A DNA stretch of 64,000 nucleotides, from positions 177,710-241,709 of the forward strand of contig JAWLBL010000001.1 in the NCBI GenBank assembly GCA_041687695.1. Reading direction: 5' to 3'. This document shows positions 39,094 to 46,351 of the stretch, one piece after another. The notes below the pieces were generated by a model. It was given only the letters and a program-made list of their open reading frames with translations. It was not told where the DNA came from and did no database searches. The first letter of the stretch is position 1. Each line of letters starts with the position of its first letter. A program made the translations under genes and the position numbers. This stretch comes from Myxococcota bacterium (lineage in GTDB: Bacteria > Myxococcota_A > UBA9042 > PHBI01 > JAWLBL01).

Positions 39094-40065
39094 CTACCAC
39101 AGCACCCGGATGCCCAACGTGTCGCCGCGCACGGCGGGCATGATGATGGTGGGCGGGCCCGCCGTCGGGTCGTCGGGCTCGGCGTCGGTGTAGTAGAACA
39201 GCTTGGGGATGCCCCAGCCGAGGCCCAGGCCCAGGGCCATGCTCAGGAGCTGGTCGCTGGCCCAGTGCCGGTCGGCCACCATGCGCAAGAGCCCCGTCGT
39301 GGTGCCCAGCGCCAGGGCGCCGCCGCAGGCGAGCGCGTCGCCCCAGCCGCCGCCGTACAGCGGCAGCTCGCTGTGGTGGGCGCAGATGAGCCCGGCGCCC
39401 GCCATCGCCATGGCGGTGTGGCCGCTGTAGAAGCTGTTGTACATGGCGTCGGTGCCGCAGAGGTTGTCGTAGTCGGGGTCCTCGCGGCAGGCCTGCGCCA
39501 TCGGCCGCTCGCGCGCGGACAGCCGGTGCGCCAGCTGGCTCAGCAGCCCGACGGCCGCCAGCGTCTCGAGATCGATCATGCCCAGCTGCCAGGCGACGTC
39601 CGGCTCGCCCCGGATGAGCCAGGTGACCACGATGGCGTCGACGACGATGGGGTAGAACTGGCCGATGTGCCAGCCGAAGTCGCTGACGCGGTTGGCGAGC
39701 CGCCGGTTGCGCTCGGTCTCGCCCACGAAGAGGTCGCGGACGGGGTCGTCGAACAGGATGGGGCCGCTCCAGCTGGGCTCGTCGACCTTGGGCCAGAACC
39801 AGCTGATGGCCAGGTTGCCGGCGACCAGGCCGCCGGTGATGGCGTAGTCCAGGGTGTCGAAGCGGCGCCACTCGGGCTTCCAGACGAGCTTGGTCGATCT
39901 AGGCGCTTGGGGGGCAGGCTCGGCGCGTGGCTCGGGGGCCTCGGCGGCCGGAGCGGCGAGATCGGGCGTCTGGCCGCGGACGCCCGGGGCGACGCCCCCG
40001 ACGCACACGAGGGCGAAGCACGTCGCGGCCATCAGGCCACGCCGCGGGAGCGAGATCGGGAGCAT
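39094..40065 (-). CDS. PAP2-family phosphatase, paralog of the neighbouring gene
   Basis: RLSARERP, SFYSGHTA and RMVADRHWASD motifs. Confidence 0.85.
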   Translation of the reverse strand: MLPISLPRRGLMAATCFALVCVGGVAPGVRGQTPDLAAPAAEAPEPRAEPAPQAPRSTKLVWKPEWRRFDTLDYAITGGLVAGNLAISWFWPKVDEPSWSGPILFDDPVRDLFVGETERNRRLANRVSDFGWHIGQFYPIVVDAIVVTWLIRGEPDVAWQLGMIDLETLAAVGLLSQLAHRLSARERPMAQACREDPDYDNLCGTDAMYNSFYSGHTAMAMAGAGLICAHHSELPLYGGGWGDALACGGALALGTTTGLLRMVADRHWASDQLLSMALGLGLGWGIPKLFYYTDAEPDDPTAGPPTIIMPAVRGDTLGIRVLW

Positions 40066-40081
40066 GGGGTAAGCCTGCCTT

Positions 40082-40139
40082 GGTCAGGGGCCGGGGCGGG
40101 GTCGCCCGGGCGAGCCCGGCGAGCGCCGCGCCCCTGACC
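40082..40139. terminator. Hairpin downstream of the YbhB/YbcL gene
   Basis: GGTCAGGGGC...GCCCCTGACC outer stem with an inner CGGGC-GA-GCCCG stem. Confidence 0.4.
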
Positions 40140-40153
40140 GGTCGGACGAGGAC

Positions 40154-40780
40154 CTACCGCAGAGCGGGGTTCAGCGTGTAGGTCCCGTAGAGGGTGGCGG
40201 TGGCGATCACGTGGCCGCTGATGGCGGCGAGGGCCTGGCGCCCGTCGAACTGGTCGGGCAGATCGAGGCGCTCGACGTCGAGGGCGTACAGGGTGAAGTG
40301 GTACAGGTGGACGCGTTCGTCGTTCCAAGGCGGGCACGGCCCGTCGTAGCCGTGGTAGTTGCCGTCCATGTCGGCGTCGCCCTTGAACCAGTTGGTGTAG
40401 TCGTTCAGGCCCTGCCGGGCGTTGCCCTGGACGTACACGTCCTGCTTGCCGCGGGTCGTCACGCCGCGCGCGTAGGCGCCCTCCTCGATGCCGGTGAAGG
40501 TCGGCGGGAGATCGACCAGCACCCAGTGGAAGAACTCGGTGCGCGGCATGATCTTGGGGATCTTGGTGCCCTCGACGTTCACCTGCGAGCCGTCGGTGGG
40601 GACCTCCGAGTCGTGACAGACCAGCGCCAGCGACCGCGCGCCCGTGGGCACGTCCGACCAGTCCAGGGCCGGGTTGAGGTTCTCTCCGAACGTCACGTGC
40701 GTCTGGGGATCGGGGACGCAGAACGCGAACCGGTCGGGGAGGCGCGACCCGGCCTGAAAGCTCGGGGAGGTCAGCTTCAT
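40154..40780 (-). CDS. YbhB/YbcL-family (PEBP, Raf-kinase-inhibitor-like) protein
   Basis: NLNPALDW, FFHWVLVD and YDGPCPPWND..HLYHFTLYALD motifs. AGGAG before ATG 40780. Confidence 0.92.
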   Translation of the reverse strand: MKLTSPSFQAGSRLPDRFAFCVPDPQTHVTFGENLNPALDWSDVPTGARSLALVCHDSEVPTDGSQVNVEGTKIPKIMPRTEFFHWVLVDLPPTFTGIEEGAYARGVTTRGKQDVYVQGNARQGLNDYTNWFKGDADMDGNYHGYDGPCPPWNDERVHLYHFTLYALDVERLDLPDQFDGRQALAAISGHVIATATLYGTYTLNPALR

Positions 40781-40950
40781 CTCGGCTCCTTGCAGGGGGA
40801 GGGACGGCGACGACGGCGAGGGGCGCCGGCGGGCGGGCGAGCCGCCGGATGGGGGCGGCCCGGACGAGCGGGTGGCGGAGTGTTTCCCCAAGGGTAACTG
40901 CGGCCGAGGGCGGGGTGTCAAGGAGGCGGCCGTCGTCCGCGGACCGGACC

Positions 40951-41193
40951 GGTCAGCGGTGGCGGTAGACCCTTCCCGAGTCCGCTGGCCGATTCCGTGG
41001 CCCGGTTCCGTGGCTTCGTCGGCGCACCGAGCCCGGTGCCCTGCGAACGGCCCCCCGGCTCATACACCACTTGACAGGACACTACTCCGCCGTGAGTGGT
41101 GAAGCCGGGACCGGGCCCCCACGCACATAGTCCAAGCACCACCTTGGCTACTGGGTACCTCTGGGCCTCGCCAGAAGTGGCGAAGCCCCGAGG
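40951..41193. ncRNA. Candidate structured non-coding element (five consecutive stem-loops) 3' of the four-helix-bundle gene
   Basis: Stems at 40951-40990, 41015-41047, 41049-41117, 41128-41150 and 41158-41193, read by eye. No convincing ORF. Confidence 0.45.
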
Positions 41194-41200
41194 ATCACAC

Positions 41201-41563
41201 CTACCGCTTTGGGTGCATCAGCCGCCACGTCATCGCCTGCACGCGGTCGAGCAGCGCCAGCGCTTCATCCCCGCGCGCCTTCGGCACCGCGCCCGTCGCG
41301 ACGAGCAGCCGCATCGCGGCGGACGCCTCGCGACACGAGCCGTAGGCGATCCTGTAGTGCTGAACCCGGTCACGCCCCGCCCGGCCAGCGCCCTCGGCCA
41401 GGTTCAACGGCGTACTTGCGACCGCCCGCACCGCCTGCTCGGCGACGCACCGCAGTTGCGGACTCACGCCCCGCGTCGATGCCACGACCGCCACCGCCGC
41501 CTCGACCGCCAGCGATTCAGCCTGGAGTGAGCTGCCGTTCCGAACCACACCTTCGTCCTGCAT
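41201..41563 (-). CDS. Four-helix-bundle protein (23S-rRNA-IVS / bAvd-like family)
   Basis: EQAVRAVASTPLNLAEGAGR..HYRIAYGSCRE signature; about 120 aa. SD-like AAAGGA fits ATG 41563 (alternative start 41572). Confidence 0.88.
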   Translation of the reverse strand: MQDEGVVRNGSSLQAESLAVEAAVAVVASTRGVSPQLRCVAEQAVRAVASTPLNLAEGAGRAGRDRVQHYRIAYGSCREASAAMRLLVATGAVPKARGDEALALLDRVQAMTWRLMHPKR

Positions 41564-41726
41564 GGGAGCCATCCTTTCGTGTCAGTGGATGCGCCCCCAC
41601 CCCGCAGGGGTCCCCGGCGGCGTCAAGGGTCGCCGAAGGCGACCGGCGCGCAGCGCCGGCTTGCCCTTTACGTCGCCGGGGACCACTGCGACCCTCCCGC
41701 ATCCTCTGACGCGATGGATGGCTCCC
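41564..41726. other. 163-nt imperfect inverted repeat ending in a two-hairpin junction
   Basis: Nested stems GGGAGCCATCC/GGATGGCTCCC, TCGTGTCAG/CTGACGCGA, GGATGCG/CGCATCC, CGCAG/CTGCG, GGTCCCCGGCGGCGT/ACGTCGCCGGGGACC and AAGGG/CCCTT, capped by TCGCC-GAA-GGCGA and CCGGCGC-GCA-GCGCCGG. Confidence 0.9.
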
Positions 41727-41840
41727 TCAGCGACGAGGCCTGTGCCCAGCCACCTCAGCGCCCGCCCCACCGCGCAGCGAGCTGCGCGGGCCCTCGAGCA
41801 CGAGCAAGCTCGTGCAGTCCGGACGCCGCGTCTCGATGAC

Positions 41841-42102
41841 GGCGATGGCCACGGCCAAGGCCACGGCCACGGTCTACGGCCACGGTCCACGGCGACGGCC
41901 TCGGCCACGGTCTACGGCCTCGGCCTCGGCCTCGGTCTACGGCCTCGGCGACGGCCACGGTCTTACGGCCTCGGCGACGGCCACGGCGACGGCCACGGTC
42001 CACGGCGACGGCCACGGCCACGGTCTACGGCCTCGGCGACGGCCACGGACTACGGCCACGGTCTACGGCCACGGCCTCGGCCACGGCCACGGCCGCGGCC
42101 CT
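41841..42102. repeat. Compound microsatellite of 42 GG-initiated units (GGCCAC/GGCCTC/GGCGAC with interspersed GGTCTAC/GGTCCAC)
   Basis: Parsed by hand: 33 hexamers, 8 heptamers and 1 octamer, 262 nt in total. Confidence 0.93.
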
Positions 42103-42316
42103 GATAGCGAATCTGTGCAGCCGAGCCCCTGGACCATGAGGAAGCCTGGACCGCCAGCATCCACGCTGCGAGGCGCTTGGTCCCCAACCCCGTTTACCAA
42201 TCGGGTCTACCGCCGTCCGCGTGGCGAGCGGCGGCCGGACGCTGGACGCGAGCGGGGCCGCTTGACGCGCCGGGAGACGGGGTCGACGGTTCACTCCAAC
42301 CCCGCCCCCTCGGAAA

Positions 42317-45058
42317 ATGCCCAATCTCCTCGCAGACATACGTCCCGACGAGCGGCGCGGCGCCCTGCTGGCCTTCGTCACCCTCTTCGGCGTCCTCGCC
42401 GGCCACACGCTGCTCGAGACCGGCCGCGACGCGCTGTTCCTCGCCAAGGTCCCGGCCGACCGGCTGCCCTTCGTGTACCTGGCCATCGCCCTGCTGGCGC
42501 TGGCGGTCACGCGCGGGCGGCGGCCCCTGGTCGGCGGTGGCCACGGCCTGGCCACCTGGCTGGTCGCCTCGGCCTCGGTCACCCTGGGCTTCTGGGCCCT
42601 GAGCGCCCTCGAGGCCACCTGGGTGCTCTACGCCCTGTACGTCTGGGCCGGCCTGTTCGGGACCGTGGCCACGCTGCAGTTCTGGCTGCTCCTGGGCCAG
42701 ACCTACACCGTCCCCCAGGCCAAGCGCCTGTACGGCTTCATCGGCGCAGGCAGCGTCCTGGGCGCCGTCTCGGGCGCCTCGCTCGCCAGCCTGGTCACCT
42801 CGGCCCTGCCCACCCGCCACGTCCTGCTGGGCGCCGCCGTCGTCTTCCTGACCGCCGCCCTCGGCGCCGCCCGCCTGTCGCTGCGCACCACCACCCCGCG
42901 CCGCGCCGGGCGCCGCGTCGCGCGCCCGACCCACCCTGGCCGCTCCCCGCGCGAGGTCCTCGAGTACCCCTACGCGCGCCGCCTGGTCGCCCTGGTCGTC
43001 GTTGCGACGCTCACGGTCACCTTCCTCGACTACCTGTTCAAGGCCGAGGTCTCGCGCACCGTCTCCCCCGAGGGCCTCGGCTCCTTCTTCGCCAACTTCT
43101 ACGTCGCCCTGAACGGCCTCGCCCTCGTCGTCCAGCTGGTCCTGACCAGCCGCCTCATCCACCTGCTCGGCGCCCACCGCGCCCTGGTCATCCTGCCCGG
43201 CCTGCTGATGCTCGGCGCCGGCGGCCTGCTCGCCGGCGGCGCGCTCGTCGCGGTCCTGCTCGCCAAGGGCGCCGACGGCAGCCTCCGCCACTCGCTGCAC
43301 CGCACCAGCCTCGAGGTGCTGTTCATCCCCCTGCCCGAGCGCCTGCGCTTTCACACCAAGCGCCTCGTCGACGCCGCCGGCCACCGCGGCGCACAGGCCA
43401 CCGCCTCCCTGCTGCTGCTGGGCCTGCTCGCCGCCGACGCGCCCCTGCCGGTCTTCGCCGCCGCCATCCTGCTCTTCGCCGCCGGCTGGCTCACCCTCGC
43501 CCTGCGCCTGCGCGCCCCCTACCTCGAGCTCTTCCGCGCCCGCCTCCGCGAGGGCTCCGTCGCCCAGCTCGGCGACGCCCTGCCCCGCCTCGACGGCGAC
43601 TCGCTCGAGGCCGTCTTCGCCGCCCTCGGCAGCGAGGACCCCGCCCAGGTCCGCGCCGCCATCGATCTCCTGGCCGATCAGGGCAAGGTCCGCCTCATCC
43701 CGGCGGTCCTGCTCCACCACGACTGCCCCGACGTCGTCCTGCGCCTCCTCGAGCTGTTCGCCGAGGCCGGCCGCCGCGACTTCGTCCCCATCGCCGATCG
43801 CCTCGCTCGGACCGCGCCCCCCGACCTGCGCGCCGCCGCCCTGCGCGCCCGCACCGCCGTCGCCCCCGATCAGCTGCTGCTCCAGCGCTGCCGCGCCGAC
43901 GAGAGCGCGCTCGTCCAGGCCACGGCCCTGGTGGGCCTCGTCGCCGGCGGCTGGATGGCCGGGCCCACCGCCCGCGCCGCCCTGGGCGAGGTCGTCCGCC
44001 ACGGCACCGCCGAGGCCCGCGCCGCGCTCGCCCGCGCCATCGGCTTCCAGCCGCACGAGATCTTCCACGACGCGCTGCTCGCGCTGGCCAGCGACCCCGC
44101 CCTGGCGGTCCGCCGCGAGGTCGCCCGCGCCATGGCCGCCGGCCCCGTCGAGCGCTTCCTGCCGGCGCTGCTGCCCCTGCTGGCCCACCGCGACACCCGC
44201 GCCCCCGCCCGCGACGCGCTGGTCGCCCTGGGCGCGCCCGCCGTCGCCTTCCTCGGCCACGCCCTGTCCGACCCCGCCCTGCCCCTGCGCGTCCGCCGCC
44301 ACGTCCCGCGGACCCTGAGCCGCTTCGACACCCGGGCGGCCGCCGATCTCCTGCTGGCGCGCCTGACGGACGAGCCCAGCGGCATGGTGCGCTACAAGAT
44401 CCTGCGCGGCCTCGGCCGCATGCGCGCGGTGTCGCCCGAGCTCCCGCTCGACCGACGCGTGCTGGCGGCCGCGATGGACCGGACGCTGGAGCTGGCGCTG
44501 CAGTTGGCGACCTGGCACCTGGTGCTGACCCGCGGCGGCCAGGACGACCCCTCGCGCCGCACGCCCGCCCACGAGCTCATCGAGGGCCTGCTGGTCGACA
44601 AGAGCCGCCACGCCCTGGAGCGCTTCTTCCGCCTGCTGGGCCTGACGCTGCCCGGCGAGGACTTCGAGCGCATCCACCGCGGCCTGTTCCACGCCGACCG
44701 CGTGGTGCGCGCCTCCAGCCGCGAGCTGCTGGCCCACATCCTCGAGCCGCCGCTGCGCGACCGGGTGCTGGCCCTGGTCGACGAGGGCGGCGACGAGGCG
44801 CTCCTGTCCCGCGCCGGCGCCCTCGAGCGGGCCGAGACGCTGGGGTACGAGGCGCTGCTCGGCGAGATGCTGGACCACCCCAGCGAGACCCTGCGCTGCC
44901 TGGCCGCCTACCACGTGGGCGAGCTGGGCCTCGGGCGCCTCGGGCCGCGCCTCGAGCAGATGAGGCCGACCCTGGGGGCCGCCAGCGCCCGGGTCGTCGA
45001 GCGCGCGCTCAAGCTGCTGGCCCACCCGAACGGCGCCTGGAGGATGCATGAGGCCTGA
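42317..45058 (+). CDS. NTT/TLC-like MFS nucleotide transporter fused to HEAT repeats
   Basis: Roughly 400-aa multi-TM N-terminus with LETGRDALFL and QFW...QAKRLYGFIGAGSVLG, followed by repeated D...VR..A..A HEAT-like helices. Confidence 0.78.
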   Translation: MPNLLADIRPDERRGALLAFVTLFGVLAGHTLLETGRDALFLAKVPADRLPFVYLAIALLALAVTRGRRPLVGGGHGLATWLVASASVTLGFWALSALEATWVLYALYVWAGLFGTVATLQFWLLLGQTYTVPQAKRLYGFIGAGSVLGAVSGASLASLVTSALPTRHVLLGAAVVFLTAALGAARLSLRTTTPRRAGRRVARPTHPGRSPREVLEYPYARRLVALVVVATLTVTFLDYLFKAEVSRTVSPEGLGSFFANFYVALNGLALVVQLVLTSRLIHLLGAHRALVILPGLLMLGAGGLLAGGALVAVLLAKGADGSLRHSLHRTSLEVLFIPLPERLRFHTKRLVDAAGHRGAQATASLLLLGLLAADAPLPVFAAAILLFAAGWLTLALRLRAPYLELFRARLREGSVAQLGDALPRLDGDSLEAVFAALGSEDPAQVRAAIDLLADQGKVRLIPAVLLHHDCPDVVLRLLELFAEAGRRDFVPIADRLARTAPPDLRAAALRARTAVAPDQLLLQRCRADESALVQATALVGLVAGGWMAGPTARAALGEVVRHGTAEARAALARAIGFQPHEIFHDALLALASDPALAVRREVARAMAAGPVERFLPALLPLLAHRDTRAPARDALVALGAPAVAFLGHALSDPALPLRVRRHVPRTLSRFDTRAAADLLLARLTDEPSGMVRYKILRGLGRMRAVSPELPLDRRVLAAAMDRTLELALQLATWHLVLTRGGQDDPSRRTPAHELIEGLLVDKSRHALERFFRLLGLTLPGEDFERIHRGLFHADRVVRASSRELLAHILEPPLRDRVLALVDEGGDEALLSRAGALERAETLGYEALLGEMLDHPSETLRCLAAYHVGELGLGRLGPRLEQMRPTLGAASARVVERALKLLAHPNGAWRMHEA

Positions 45059-45956
45059 GACGGACCCCGGCCTGCCCGCCGCGCACGCGGTCCCCCTGAT
45101 GGAGCGCATGCTCCACCTGCGCGCCCAGCCGCTGTTCGCGGGGCTGTCCTCGGCGCGGCTGGCGATGGTCGCCGCCGCCACGCGCGAGCGCGCCTACACC
45201 CGCGGCGAGCTGGTGCTGGGCGAGGGCGAGCTGCACGACGCCATGATCTTCGTCGTCAGCGGCGCCGTGCGCCTGAGCCGCCACGGCCGGTTCGTCGACA
45301 CGGCGGGCCCGGGCGCCGTCGTCGGCGACCTGGGCGTCGTGGTCGGGCCCAGCGCCGGGCTCGAGGCGCGCGCCGAGACGGCCGCCCTGACCCTGGAGCT
45401 GACGCGCGACGGGCTGCTCGAGCTGCTCGAGGAGGACTTCAACCTGCTGCTCGAGGTCATCCGGCGCACGAGCGGGCAGCTCATCGAGCGGCTGGCCGCG
45501 ATGGAGGTCGCGCCCATCCTGCCGCCGGCGCCGCGCGCGCCCCTGGCCTTCCCGGACCGCGAGCTGGATCTGGTCGAGCGCCTGTTCCTCTTGCGCCGCA
45601 TGCCCGGCTTCACGACCGCGGGCCTCGACGCCCTGAGCGAGCTGGCGCGCGAGCTCAAGGAGCTGCGCCTGCCGGCCCGCGAGCGCCTGTGGGGCATCGG
45701 CGAGCCGGCGGGGCACCTGCTGTTCCTGGCGGGCGGCGACGTCACGTGCCGCGCGCCCCGGGGTTGGACCACCCTGCGCAGGGGGCTGTCGCTGGTCGGC
45801 GCCCTCGAGGCCATCGCCGGCGCGCCCCGCTGGTTCGAGGCGACCACCGCCACCGAGGTGGTCGCCCTGCGGGCCGACGTCGACACGCTGCTGGACGTGT
45901 TCGAGGACGACGGCGAGACGGCCCTGGGTTTCCTGACCCACCTGGCCAGCGCCTGA
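45048..45956 (+). CDS. Tandem cyclic-nucleotide-binding-domain protein
   Basis: Two repeats of ER..LR..P.F..L...L..GE....FV.SG; overlaps the upstream stop. Confidence 0.8.
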   Translation: MRPETDPGLPAAHAVPLMERMLHLRAQPLFAGLSSARLAMVAAATRERAYTRGELVLGEGELHDAMIFVVSGAVRLSRHGRFVDTAGPGAVVGDLGVVVGPSAGLEARAETAALTLELTRDGLLELLEEDFNLLLEVIRRTSGQLIERLAAMEVAPILPPAPRAPLAFPDRELDLVERLFLLRRMPGFTTAGLDALSELARELKELRLPARERLWGIGEPAGHLLFLAGGDVTCRAPRGWTTLRRGLSLVGALEAIAGAPRWFEATTATEVVALRADVDTLLDVFEDDGETALGFLTHLASA

Positions 45957-45989
45957 GCGCCGGACCTCGGGAACGGGCCGATGGTGCCT

Positions 45990-46297
45990 CGGCGACGGGT
46001 CGGACCTGTCCCGGCAACAGGTCGGAGCTGTCCCGGCAACAGGTCGGAGCTGTCCCGGCGACAGGTCGGACCTGTCCCGGCAACGGGTCGGACCTGTCCC
46101 GGCAACAGGTCGGACCTGTCCCGGCAACAGGTCGGAGCTGTCCCGGCGACAGGTCGGACCTGTCCCGGCAACAGGTCGGAGCTGTCCCGGCAACAGGTCG
46201 GAGCTGTCCCGGCGACAGGTCGTAGCTGTCCCGGCGACAGGTCGGACCTGTCCCGGCAACAGGTCGGAGCTGTCCCGGCGACAGGTCGTAGCTGCCT
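45990..46297. repeat. Tandem array of 14 x 22 nt palindromic units (CGGCRACAGGTCGGASCTGTCC)
   Basis: Units counted directly. The core GACAGGT-CGG-ACCTGTC is a hairpin. No spacers; lies between convergent genes. Confidence 0.95.
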
Positions 46298-46351
46298 CGG
46301 GACCAGCTCCGACCAGTCTCGAGAGCCAGGTCGGCGCGGTCTCGCGACGGC

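Noticed and set aside
40951..42102. Diversity-generating retroelement or 23S rRNA intervening sequence
   Set aside because: No reverse transcriptase, no TR/VR pair differing at adenines, and no rRNA sequence seen in the window.
41812..45051. 1079-aa ORF spanning the microsatellite
   Set aside because: Arg/Pro-rich off-frame shadow of the NTT-HEAT gene, typical of high-GC DNA.
45990..46297. CRISPR array
   Set aside because: Units are directly abutting with no unique spacers, and there are no cas genes in the window.
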